Below, in pieces: positions 39,288 through 58,278 of a stretch of DNA of 64,000 bases; positions within the stretch are counted from its first letter, which is position 1, and each line of letters starts with the position of its first letter. The notes under the pieces were generated by a model. It did not search any database. It saw only the letters and a program-made list of their open reading frames with translations, and had not been told where the DNA came from. The translations under genes were made by a program, and so were the position numbers. The DNA comes from Tubiluchus corallicola (taxonomy: Eukaryota > Animalia > Priapulida), in assembly GCA_030141605.1 (NCBI GenBank), contig JAQGDQ010000157.1, positions 417,145 to 481,144 on the forward strand, written 5' to 3'.

Positions 39288-39816
39288 TTAACAAAAAAAA
39301 CATCAACACTCAAAAGTTAATACTGACACATTGTAGGTTTTCATCACTGGTGTATTATATACAAGAATAATCACTCGCCAGCAACTTGTAAAAATATAGT
39401 CTTATTCTGTTACCACCTTAATGTTAACTGTCGCGACACATATAAACGATTCAAAGTACAAACTATAGTAGTAATCAGGAATGCAGCATGAATGAGAAAT
39501 TAGCACAACAGATGGCATAGGTGATCCACAGTGAAAATTTGTTACCAATAAACAAAACATTTCAGTTGAATAGGCACAATGACAACATTTGGTATAAAAC
39601 GAAGAGGACAGTTCATTTAGAAAGCGTTGTCGTTTCACACCTGTTAGTGCAAGTCACGGCAAATATTCGAAGTGGTGCTTTTCAGCGTAAATTCTTCAAT
39701 CGTCTTCAGCTAATTTATTGTTTTAATCTGGTAATGAGCTCTCTGTTAAAAATATCACTATCACTACTGCTGTAACCCATACCTGCTAGGCTATAGCTAA
39801 AATTGGTAAAAACACT

Positions 39817-40240
39817 ACACTCGTATCTCGGGAGCCCAGGTCTCGCTTTTACGGATATCGGAAAAATCGGACAAAATCTGGAACATTAAAAAGTCCCACA
39901 TACTACGGATACAGTCCGTTGTCTCCCGAGTTGACCACTAGCTGGCGGGCCATCACTTTGTTTACATCGTTACATCAGTGTAACCATGTGTATATCTCTA
40001 TATATAAAAATATAGTCAATTAGGCAGAGTTGTTCGAGTCAACTGCCGACAGTTTTTACATACTTTTGCACAGGAACAGAAGACCCGTACCAGAAGTTTT
40101 TGAAACAATAGGTGATTGATTCTACATTACTGTGAGTCTAGTACACAGCGTGTACTGTATTTATAAGCTTAGTATTGGTAAACACGGACAATCGGCAAAT
40201 TCGGACCAACGTCTCTGCAACAAACCGAGATATGCGTGTA
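39817..40240 (-). mobile_element. Tc1/mariner-like MITE family A, copy 3
   Basis: Reverse-orientation homolog of 1022-1446. Confidence 0.75.
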
Positions 40241-40391
40241 CTACTGTAATGTGTTTACTGCGAATGCTTGTCTCTCGCCGTGACGATAGCAGAAACGGAG
40301 ATCTCGTGAACTAACAAACTCTAAACTGGAGTAGTGTTTTCACTACCTCCAGGTCATCAATTACTGGTGTTCTCATCTCGTAAATTTTGCA

Positions 40392-40894
40392 GAAAACTGG
40401 ATCCACTGTTGAACTATAGCTCAAAATAATCTACACTTTAAAATCTAGAAAGGAAACTATTTTTTGAAAAAATGACTTACGTGAAAGAATTATTATCACA
40501 CAAAAGTAGTTTCATTGCATACAAACAGGTGCTGTGCCTTTCATTTCAGAGGTGTTCGTTTGTGATGCAATACACATGTTCGAGAACTCATGCGTTAGCA
40601 CAGCAGTAAGTTTGAAATTTGAGTTTTTATCTTAAAAATTTCTGTGTTTTTGCATTTTGCAATAAATGTTACACAGTAAGACTGTACTTCAATTTCCATG
40701 TTCATGGAATGTTTGAGATGTTTAAAATTGTGTTCGTTTGTGACCTCATCACTAGCTGGGCTCCCCTGCCGTTAATTAAGTTTTTAACCTATTATTTAAT
40801 TAAACACTTTGGATTTTTACAGGTATTAAAATGTACACTTTTTACTGTACATCAAAATGGGGCGCGGGATATGAAAAATCGTCGTTTTTTTGCT
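40392..40894 (+). mobile_element. MITE family C, diverged copy
   Basis: Shares GAAAGAATTATTATCA, CTCATGCGT.AGCACAGCAGTAA and ATGAAAAATC...TTTAA with 7126-7731. Confidence 0.65.
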
Positions 40895-41115
40895 TTAAGA
40901 TGAGAAAAGTGATTAATTTATCGAACAATAACACAACGAGTTTTTTCATGAACAACCCTCTCGGAAAATCTACACTATACTCAGCTAATGCTCTACGTAT
41001 GCTTGCGATTTTCGAAACAACACTTCTGCATAGTTCTGAGTTTACTTTTCAAACGTAATTCACATTTGAAAGTTTTTAATGAAACTCATTTCATCGGAAG
41101 CAGTGATATCACAAT

Positions 41116-46857
<5,742 letters not shown>

Positions 46858-47133
46858 TCAGGCACACAACAATTCATGTCTAAAAGAAGTCCAAGAATGG
46901 TTCCTTATCTTGTATGCCCTGAAGAAAGATTACCATGAGTGCAAATATGTAGTAATCATTGTTTACAAATATGCAACAAACACAAAAACAAACGGATAAC
47001 TGAGAAACTAATGATAAAAAACTAGCGAAACAATAGTTAACTGGTTTTCTGTAGAAAGTAACTGTGAAGCTATTGCACATTTCTTTTATTATTTATTGTA
47101 CATAAGCTTTGTTATACTGTTACACTGCCATGA

Positions 47134-47905
47134 TTAAGGGTTAATCATAGAAACACCATATTTTTCCACAAAATTATTGTCGATTAAGGATTTAAACTTT
47201 ACTATGGTTGCTTCAACAATCACCATGGCAGGCAGATTATTCCATTCATTCATTACACTCACAGTAAATGAATATTTACGAATGTCAAGACGTGACTGCT
47301 CTTTGAACAGTTTTAAACTATGTCCTCTAGTTTTAGAATCAACAACTAAATTAAGGAATAGTCCAGGCAAAACGTTTTCTTTTCTAATTAGTATTTTATA
47401 AACCTAAATAAAATTTTCATGGTGTCTTCATAATTCAAGAGTGGTCAAACTGCAATACTTCAATCTATTTAAATATGTCAAATTTTTACAACCGAATATT
47501 ATTCCTGTAGCACGCATTTGTACACCTTCGATAAGCAGTACATCTTTCTGATACTGGGGATTCCAAAGCTGCACACAGTATTCTAGATGAGGTCTAACCA
47601 AACCAATGTATAATTTCAATATAATCTCTTTATTTCTAAAAAGGTTATTTCTTTAACATCCCCAATATTTTGTTTGCTTTTTTAACAGAGGATGCACATT
47701 GCTAGGAAAACTTTAAGTTTGATATTATTATCACATCAAGATCATTTTTACTATTTGCACTTTGAAGAGTTGATCCATTCATAACTTAATCACTTTTAAG
47801 ATTTCCAAAACCGTACTGCATTACCTCACATTTATCAACATTAAATAACATTACCAATCATTATTCCACCTGCATAGTTGTTCAGTATCATGCGGTAAAG
47901 CACTA
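47134..47905 (-). mobile_element. CR1-clade LINE, 5'-truncated ORF2 3' fragment
   Basis: LYIGLVRPHLEYCVQLWNPQYQKDVLLIEGVQMRAT and KTRGHSLKLFKEQSRLDIRKYSFTVSVMNEWNNLP are characteristic CR1 C-terminal motifs; the frame is disrupted. Confidence 0.9.
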
Positions 47906-48189
47906 AGCACTTGAAGGAAAAAACTAGTTTTTTGTTAATTAGATTATGACTGTGAATGCCAGAATGTTCATAAACCATTTGCGGTTTATTTCACCTCAAA
48001 ATAAACCACCCCCTATTTTCACTCAATATTGTCAATAATATTCAATACAATACGTCTTTTCTCTTTAGTTCTGGAATAGTATGGAAACATTCTGGCATTC
48101 ACAGTCATAATCTAATTAATGATATCGTTAATTACCAGCTAATCTGAAAAATTTGAAGCACAATAAGTATCCTCCTGTTATGGGTACAG

Positions 48190-48380
48190 GTAGTGCAGTT
48201 GGTTTTTGAGCTACAAGGATGAAATCTCGGGCCAGCTCTGTCATGTCTCGAGTTCAAGTCCTGGCTGGTTAACAATTTTTCAGTGTAAGGAGTCTTTCTT
48301 TAACTCATTACCCACAACGGGTAATAATAGTTGAAGTTAACCACAATGGCTTAGGAACATCCAGACACGGTTATATGTCA
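48190..48380 (+). mobile_element. tRNA-derived SINE (same family as 42638-42800)
   Basis: A-box-like TAGTGCAGTTGG, B-box-like GAGTTCAAGTCC, then GGTTAACAATTTTT shared with the 42.7-kb copy. Confidence 0.55.
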
Positions 48381-49689
48381 GTGTACGTAGTGTTAGCTTG
48401 TACCTGACACTTGTCTTTTTTACAGTTTTTTATACACTGTTCAGATATATATTTTTAACATAATAATAATTCTCAAGTTTATGAGATATCCACGCTTTAT
48501 AAGACAAAAAATAAAATCTTTAAATATATAATAAACTGATAGTGATAAGTAAATCACCAACAATAAAAGTAAACAAAACAACTATTTTAAAAGATACCTT
48601 ATCGCAGAAACTCGTGTACTAAGTCAGATACTTGAAAAAAGTGGCAAAACCTTTTCTCTTAATAAATTTTCAGTAAACAGCATACCAATCCTTGACCACC
48701 GGGCAGTAGGCACTTAGCACTGACAAGCAATGGCGTTATAGGAACTCTTCCAAAGTAAAAACGAGATTCAAACGTTTATACGTAATAACAACGCACGCTC
48801 ACTTTCTACGACTAGCTTCCCGAAAGAAAAAGGATCAAAATCAATAATTCTTAAAAATACCGTACAAATGTTATTAAACCTATTATAAATATTTATTCAT
48901 AACTACGAATGTCAACAAACCGCATCCTTCCTTAGCATCGGAACCTCAGCAGCATTTTAATGAAAACTTAATCTCGCCATGAAACTCTTTACAACGGTGT
49001 TATCACCTGGTTGGTGCTTGCTGCCACTTTTTGTTCGTTTTAAATAGCCAAATGCCATGTGAAGTCTACTGGTTTGAAAAAAGGCAATCATTTAAACAAT
49101 GAACTGCAAACGAACGAGTCATTAGATGACAAAGTATTGTACGTGGTTGTCAATTTATTTTTAATAAATATTTTTTATTGATTCTAATAACACTAATTTT
49201 TTAGGCGTTGTAAATATTTGTTGTCTGAGGCTTTTCATTAGTTTGTAAATTGCGATAACAAGACTTAGTGTCATTAATGCGGCTGCCTATATAAGGCAAA
49301 ATAGATGGTATTAATAATTATCACACAGTCGTTGTTTGCAATAATTAATAAAAGTAATTATAGCGTTAAAGCGCCTAACGTTTCTTTGTCATTTTCCATT
49401 GCTTTTTTCACTAGAGTATTACTGTTGCTAATCACGGCGTGTCATTAATGTCCGTTGCTATTGATGACACACGGTTGAATTCACTGAAGCCATGTTCTCT
49501 CATTTACGACTGCCATTGTTTAAATGAGGCCCTCCTTTTATGTCCAGAGAATTCCCTTTGTACAATAAGTTATCAGAGCGATTCACTTGGCTATTACAGC
49601 ACGTGTTTTGTAACCAAAAACCTGGGCTTAAATCTTGGCTGGCAAATAAATGTTCACTGCATTTTCTTGCTAATTATACTAGCCGTATC

Positions 49690-51095
49690 GTAACATGACG
49701 TATTGTGTTTATCAGGACCAAAAAAACTCATCACCCACAACATTGTGAACATGACATGCCGTGTTTATCAGGGTCAAGCAAACGCATCACCCACAACATT
49801 ATGAACATGACATGTTGTGTTTATCGGGCCAAGAAGAAAACGCATCATCCACAACATTATGAACATGACATGTCGTCTTTATCAGGGCAAAGAAGAAAAC
49901 GCATCACCCACACCAACATGAAGATGACATGTGGTGTTTATCAGGGCCAACTAAACGCATCACCCACAACATTATGAACATGACATGTCATGTTTATCAG
50001 GGTCAAGCAAACGCATCACCCACAACATTATGAACATGACATGTTGTGTTTATCGGGCCAAGAAGAAAACGCATCACCCACACCAACATGAACATGACAT
50101 GTCGTGTTTATCAGGGCCAAGCAAACGCATTCACCCACAACATTATGAGCATGACATGTCGTGTTTATGAGGGTCAAGCAAACGCATTACCCACAACATT
50201 ATGAACATGACATGTCGTGTTTATCAGGGCCAAGAAGAAAACGCATCACCCACACCAACATGAACATGACATGTCGTGTTTATCAGGGTCAAGCAAACGC
50301 ATTCACCCACAACATTATGAACATGACATGTTGTGTTTATCGGGCCAAGAAGAAAACGCATCATCCACAACATTATGAACATGACATGTCGTCTTTATCA
50401 GGGCAAAGAAGAAAACGCATCACCCACACCAACATGAAGATGACATGTCGTGTTTATCAGGGCCAACTAAACGCATCACCCACAACATTATGAACATGAC
50501 ATGTCATGTTTATCAGGGTCAAGCAAACGCATCACCCACAACATTATGAACATGACATGTTGTGTTTATCGGGCCAAGAAGAAAACGCATCACCCACACC
50601 AACATGAACATGACATGTCGTGTTTATCAGGGCCAAGCAAACGCATTCACCCACAACATTATGAGCATGACATGTCGTGTTTATGAGGGTCAAGCAAACG
50701 CATTACCCACAACATTATGAACATGACATGTCGTGTTTATCAGGGCCAAGAAGAAAACGCATCACCCACACCAACATGAACATGACATGTCGTGTTTATC
50801 AGGGTCAAGCAAACGCATTCACCCACAACATTATGAACATGACATGTCGTGTTTATCAGGGTCAAGCAAACGCATTACCCACAACATTATGAACATGACA
50901 TGTCGTGTTTATCAGGGCCAAGAAAACGCATCATCCACACCATTTGAACATGACATGTCATGTTTATCAGGGTCAAGCAAACGCGTCACCCACAACATTA
51001 TGAACATGACATGTCGTCTTTATCAGAGCCAAGAAGAAAACGCATCACCCACAATATTAAGAAACATGACATATTGCGTTGATCAGGGCGAAGCA
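49690..51095. repeat. Minisatellite of 56-59-bp monomers with a 516-bp higher-order duplication
   Basis: Monomer CCCACAACATTATGAACATGACATGTCGTGTTTATCAGGGTCAAGCAAACGCATCA. Variant monomers recur at a 516-bp offset. Confidence 0.96.
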
Positions 51096-51839
51096 AAAGG
51101 AAAATTCCAAATTTCCAGTATCAGACTATTATTTTAGCCATACTGTAAAATCAGACCACGTTAACTTGTTCAGTGAAACAATTTTGTTTATTTGAAACTT
51201 AATAAAATTTGCAAGAATAACCTGAACACTTTTACTAAAATTCTCTACCCTACATCAAAATACGCAAAATATGATGCATCTTGTAAGTTTATAAAATGTT
51301 CACTTGTCATCTATGCGAACAACAACAACAAATTGCATAATACGCTAGTTACAGCTGAATGTATTTGTTGCCGCTAACCTATTTTAAATAATTATATTTA
51401 CAATATAGGATAGTCAGCAATAATTAAAATAACGTATGTTAATAAGGTACGACAAAATTGCTTTTTAGACCTATATCACTCGTGATATGATATTATAACT
51501 ACAATGCACGCAAAGAGTTATTATAAAAAAAACTACTGGAAGACAAAAATATGCATCTATATAGATAAGTGAAGTGTGTAATATACAACTAATGCCAAAA
51601 TTTATACATGCTGTACCATGAGTATGCCCTTACTGCAAAGCCTACCACTGCATAATACAATTCTTAATCTTCCCGATGTAATTAAAAGTTGCAAATTTTT
51701 TGTTGAAGTCACAAATCAAGTTTGGTAAAGTGGCAAAGAATTAAAAAGCTGCTTCCACGTAACACTTAACATAAATCTTTCTTGTCAGTTTTTCCACTTT
51801 AGAATGATTAGTTCCAAAATAGAACTTCTTTCTTCTCCA

Positions 51840-52330
51840 AAGTCTCATTCCACCTATTGTAGGCATTGAGGAATCAACATTTATTAGAGTATTCCACCCA
51901 TTTCTATCTACATCTAACAGCACAAGTTCTTCTACTCCTAAAGATAGGCTTGGTTGAAGTTGTTGAACATCTTTGTTTATCTTAGCTATCGAAGCTGTCT
52001 TTGGTTTGCCAGGTGGGGTTTTTTCAAGGTATTAAGGCTTCCTTTAAGGCGATTCTTACTGGTTTATCAACTCGTAATCTTAGAAGATGTCCTGGCCATT
52101 TTAATCTTCGGGTCTTGACTTTTGAACTCCAAAGAGTTTCTTTTGTTCTGGTGTATAAATCCTCATTTTGATTATGTATGGCCATCTTATCTTTAAAACT
52201 TTCCTTAGAAGACTCCTATGAAATGTGTCAATCTGCTTTTCTTTTCGTAATCGTTAAACCCCAAGTTTCGCTGTTGTAGATAAATATGCTGGTAATGTAA
52301 GCACTAAATAATCGAAGTCTTATGCTAACT
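51840..52330 (-). mobile_element. RTE-clade LINE 3' remnant
   Basis: Minus-strand RLKWPGHLLRL and DRNGWNTLI match RTE ORF C-terminal motifs; the frame is disrupted. Confidence 0.7.
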
Positions 52331-53359
52331 TGAATGACTTAGACAAAGAATAACAGAGAAAGCATCGTGTTTACAACATACGCAGACTGTACAATTTGAA
52401 AGTATGCAGTTATGAACTACAATAACACTTAATCATAAAACTATATCACCTTAATGTTCAACCAACACCAAATCACCAAATGCCAGCAACGTGACAAAAA
52501 CTGAAACCTGATCTTTGAACTTAAAGAATGCTTGCAAACCAATTCCGTTTATAAGTCGGCATAGTTTAAACTACGTTATGGTGCTTCAAAGTAAAATGCA
52601 CCAAAAATTTGGTTAAATGTCAATTTTTTATTTTTTATTAAAACAAACGCTAAACATATTGGGGTTTTATATTTTAGCATGAAATTATCAAGAAAATATT
52701 CAGAAAATGCTACAAATTTAATTTTATAACTCTGTACCCACTTTTCTGGCTAGCATCTAAAGCTGCAATTGTAAAAAATTCCGACAGTGGCTTGTGGAAG
52801 CAGTCACTTTGCTCCGGGTTTTTTTCTATTGCCAAGCCCAGATCTTCGTCAGGAACAGCCACTACTGGATTTAAACATAACTCCAATGTGCTCTTGTAAA
52901 GTCCACAGCGGCAAGCGTGCACCTCAAATTCAATGTGGATTGTGTCAGCTTAGAAATAACATAGAGCGATGACCTTGGTATTGAAATGATCCTCGTGAAA
53001 TAGAGATTCAGGATTTGTGAATATCCAGAAAAACTTTATTGCCGACTTATGGACGATTTTGCTATGCAAACATACGGCCAAGCGCAAAATAACAATAGCA
53101 ACAATGAGATTACGTATCAGTATAATTTGCCAGTTACTGGCTACAATTGTATCACATCAAGTATTTTATGTGATACTTCCGTCTTCAAAGTGCATGCGAT
53201 GTAAACGCGGTCACAAGTTCTTGATTACAGTTTTTACCACTTTTTTCTTACAGAGGCTAATGTTCGTTTCCAACAAAATAGCTCAAGCCTCTGGATGACA
53301 CTACGGTTGTCTGTCACGAAGTCGTTTCGTGCCATTTGGGCACCACTACACACTTGGTG

Positions 53360-56300
53360 CTACTTGACGGTGTAGTAGCACCAGTAAACTGCGTTGAACA
53401 ACACGAACGCCAATGGAAACACTAATCGAGAGTATTTATCAATCACATTCACGTCCTTAATCTTTGGCATGGCATTTTTAATTTGTTTGGCTTTGCTCTT
53501 AAAGTTCTGCAGCAGTTTCTTTCGCTGATGTGGCCTCTTGCCGATATGTGGCCTTCCGGCATAGCCGTAACGGTGACCAGGGTTGGTCATCCGGAAACTG
53601 GGCTGTGGCCGAATCGGACCCGTGTCATTTGAAATATCTTTGTTATGTCGATTGCGGAGGCTAGGAATGGGAGACATACGAATAGCCTCGGTGTCTATCA
53701 CTTCATTCTGAAAAAGAAAATCGTCTACAGAATATGACAGGTTTTTGTACATTTCTAACAATCACCATTCGCAGAATTGCTTTAAATTACACAGAATTGC
53801 ACAAAGGACTACATATAGCGTCCGAGCGTTACTGATTATTTATAGATGCACACTGCAGTGTTATACATTGTGAGTAATACGTGGACTTGTGTGTCTGAGT
53901 TTTAATAGTTTCCTGCATAATCGTCGCCGTAGAGCTTGCCAGAATAGCCTATATTCGCCAAAAAATTTCCGCAGTACGTAACGCTCACACGACTACTAAT
54001 GAAATCGTACTTTTTCTATTTACATTTTTGCTCTTAAAAGAATGAACCTTATTTTAGTAAGTCGAGTAGACGAAATTAAGATGAAGGCTACATGATTTAA
54101 CATTGTACGTTGTGGTCTTTCTTGTATAGGTCGCCTGAAAAAAGGACAGTGATACTCTTTAGGTACAAGAAGCTGCAGTTGGAAACACAAAAAATGGATC
54201 CAAAAAAGAATTCCTGCGACTAACTTGCCAGTGGTAGATTGTGTCAGTTGATGATTTTTTCTTGACACAATGAGATTGGAATCAACCGGAAACAACTTAC
54301 TGCCAATTAAGCAAAGTCAAACTCAAACTTAAACTGTATATCAAAACAATCTACTCTTTACAATATTGAAAAGAAACATACTATTTTTTTCAAAAATTAC
54401 TTACGTGAAAGAATTATTACACAAACACAAATTCACGTTCGCGCCACTAGTTCTTCGCTGTTACATGCATTTCGCCATTTGCTAATTAGACGGGCGCTAG
54501 TGCCTGCATTTTGAAAACGCACTGAACAAAAGACAGATGCTGTACTTCTCAGTTCAGATGTGTTAGTTTGCGACGACGTTCGACAGCTCATGTGTGAGCA
54601 CAGTAGTAAATTTGAAGTTTGAATTTTTATCCTAAAACTTGCCTAGTGTTAGTGCAAAACACTGAATATCTTACAGTAGCACTGTTACTTCAATTTTCGC
54701 TTTCGCAAACCGGGGCAACACGCTCGTGGAATACTTTTGCTGCTGAAAATTATGTTAGTTTGTGATGTCATCAATAGTTGGGCTTGCCCGCCGTTAATTA
54801 AGTTCTTAATCTATTGTTTAATTATCAGAAACGCTTTTGCAATGTTAATTGTGTTAAAATGGTATAGTTTTGATCGGAGTTCAAAATGGGGTAGTATATG
54901 AAAAATCATCCTGTCTTCCTTTAAAGCCTAACTGTCTGTTTCCCCAACTCTTTCTTCGGGAAGTTAATTTACTTCTGCTGTATTTCTGCTAAACGTAGTT
55001 GATACGTTAATGAGTACCTGGATTATCACTGTGAGGTAATAAACATAAATGTGATCTGTGATTTGACTGCGTCACAATCAACATAAACGACCATTAACAT
55101 GCCTGAGAGCAACTTGTCCTAATCAGGGTAATATATTACATAATTAAGTCTAAACCTCATTAATCAATTGTACAGCAAACTAGACCTCAAGTATTGATCC
55201 ACGGGAACTACTTAACCATGGGCTCTAATACTATCATGGGTTAATTACATTATTAAAAAACACACCAGCAACACATTAATTATTCAAAGCTGGTATGATA
55301 AAGTACGCTGGCTTCACGCTCGAATTCCCCCAAAAGATGGCGCTGAGAAGCCCGTTTTTTGTTGCGAACTATGATACTATGAGGTCTAGTAGAACCAAAG
55401 TTGAATCATTCAAGTGACCTAAAATTGATCAATATCATGATTGATGATTGATGGCAAAATACACCCAGGCAAGTCGAACTTCTACTTGTAGCACATTAAT
55501 AAGTTAACAAAAAATGTCTCAAATGCGACACGAAGGTCCTCATTGCTCGATTTCTGTTGCTTGTAGGTATTGCAATTTTTTCAAGTACGATATGTAGGAG
55601 CAGTAGGATATGTAAGAAAGAAAGCACTTATATATATATCGTTAAGATGAGTTTTGTGGTATGTAAATAGATAAGTAAAAATTATAGTTTGAGGGTCTAG
55701 AAAATAAACATTTTTAAAGTGATATATTATGCTTTCTGCCAACTCGCGTTTTTTTATACGTCTAGCAGTATCCACTTTTGGAATTAGCAGAAAAGAGTTA
55801 GAATATAAAAAATCATTCTAGCCTAAAGTTGTATCGTTTATTTTTGGAGCCATGGCTCGATGCGTTCGCATAATACGTAGCGTGTACACGGATGATCAAT
55901 AACGCGCGCACATTCAACAAAGTGTAGTAATGTACAGAAACTAGCTGGAAAATTGGGAATAGAATTATATGTACTGCCCATTCTGTGTATTTACTGACGA
56001 AGAAATTGCTATTGCTATTGTGATAGCAGTCAGGCTGTTATCTATGTAAACAACGTAGGTGTTTCTGTGTAGGGCAGAGCAGAAGAATTTCCTTTTTACC
56101 AGGCCAGGAACAGAGCTCTATTAACTAATATAAACTTCGATCTGTGTAAAGTCAATAGGGGGCGACCAAAATATGAAAATCAGTAACGGTGCTCCAGGTT
56201 ACAACGTGGAGTTTCTCACGCATGCGCAACAATTTGTGTAACAATGAAATCACGTGAAACAGAAGTTCACTGAGTATGAATAAAATACACCAAAGAAGAC

Positions 56301-58247
56301 GATCAAAATTAAGTAAACTTCAAATGTGTGAAGTGAATCTTATTCTTTTACTATTTGATTCCAAAGGAACGTTGTATGCAAAACATTTATATAAATGACC
56401 GCTAAAATGAATTAATTTAATACATGCGTGATTTGTTAAAGGAAAACAGGATGATTTTTCACATACTACCCCAGTTTCAAAACCGATAAAAGGTTTCCGT
56501 TTTAACACGATTAAAACTACAAAAGCGTTTCTGTGAATTAAATAATAGATTAAAAATTCAAATTTCAAATTCACCACTGTACTCATGCATGAGCTGTCGA
56601 ACGTGTGTATTTCGTCACAAATACATAGATCGCAGAACGTCACAATTAAAACTGCAAAAGCGTTTCTGATAATTAAATAATAGATTAAAAATTCAAATTT
56701 CAAATTCACCACTGTACTCATGCATGAGCTGTCGAACGTGTGTATTTCGTCACAAATACATAGATCGCAGAACGTCAATCAACCACCTCCCAATGACCAA
56801 TGAGGTGCTTTTATTTAGCGCTTACTGTTCCTGGATTGTTGGGGCCTGGGATTGTTGAGGGCTTTACTCACATGACCAGCCACATTTTCACTGTGCAGCT
56901 AAAATTCGTTAATAGTAGTGAAGAATGGTGAAGCGTTGTGCTTGGGGCACGTGTAATGTGGATGTTTGCTATCCAGAAAGATTAGGAGTACGACTTATAA
57001 GTTTCTCCCACCCATAAAAGACTTAGACAAAGGTCACCGTTGGGTCAGAGCATGCGGGAGGCTACATGAACAGCTCAACCCATTAAAAATTAATAAAAAT
57101 CGTGCTGTCTGCTCAAAGAGAAGTTTTCTAGTGTTTTATTATTACACTGTACTATTATTTATTACTGCTGGCTACTTGTAGAATGTATCCTGCTAAATCA
57201 GGACTTAACGCACTGCAAAAAAATATTTCAGGTACTGTACAGCAAGTACAGTGCTACTGTAAGATATTCAGTGTTGTACTAAAACCAGGCAAGTTTTAGA
57301 TAAAAATTCAAACTTCAAATTTACCACTGTGCTTACGCGGGGTTGTCGAATGTGTGTAGTTCGTCACAAAGTAACGCATCTGAACTGAGGGGTACAGCAC
57401 CTGTTTTTTGTGCAATGCGCTTCCGAAATGCAGGTGCTAGTGTCTGTCTAACTAGCAAATGGCGAAATGCACATAACAGGGAAGAACTAGTGACGCGAAC
57501 ATGAAACTGTGATTGCGTGATAATAATTCTTTCACGTAATTCACTTTTGAAGAAGTAAGTTTCCTTTCAATATTTTAAAGAGAAGAGTGTTTTGACCTAC
57601 AGTTAAAGATTGGGTCCGGTTTTACTTTAACGTTTTGCTAAAATTTACGTGTTTAAAAAGCTGTAAAACGTAATTGGTAGCTAAAAATTTGATTCTCGTT
57701 GCTTTTGAAAAAACTTCCTAACATGAAATACTATAATTATTCAGATTCAAATTGCGTTTTAATAAATTTCAGTTTCGCTTTGTTTTCGAAGTTAAATAAT
57801 TTGTAGTCGAAACAAAGAAATTACAGTATGGAGGGACCAGTGTCCACACAAACTGAATTTAGGTTAGATATTTATTCGTTTCAAATTAAGGCTTACTAAT
57901 ATAACGAGCTGCTAATTAAGCTGTCTTGATTCCTACTACTTTTTGATACTTTTGGCCTTCGTCAGCGAGTTTTAAATTCAAGCAATGAAGTCATTCGCAG
58001 TTTCATTCTTAATACTGATGTCATTTTAACTTCGAATATTTTTGCCCATTGGGAATATACACTTACTAACCTGTATGTAAAATTTCGTTTTTATAAAGTT
58101 CTTATTAACTACTGTCACTTTTTTACATATTTAGTGTACTAATCCTATTTTTTGTATAAATATTTATTTTATTTGTCTTGTAGTAGTATTTTTAATTGTG
58201 ATTTTATTTTTAACTAAGCTGCGTTTATACGTAAAATAAACATAAAA

Positions 58248-58278
<31 letters not shown>

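Noticed and set aside
49690-51095. CRISPR-like array or His-rich peptide genes
   Set aside because: There are no unique spacers or cas genes, the context is eukaryotic, and monomer lengths of 56-59 bp break the frames.
54926-55016. Extra GABA-receptor intracellular-loop exon
   Set aside because: No convincing phase-0/phase-0 splice pair was found, and the flanking exons already join in frame.
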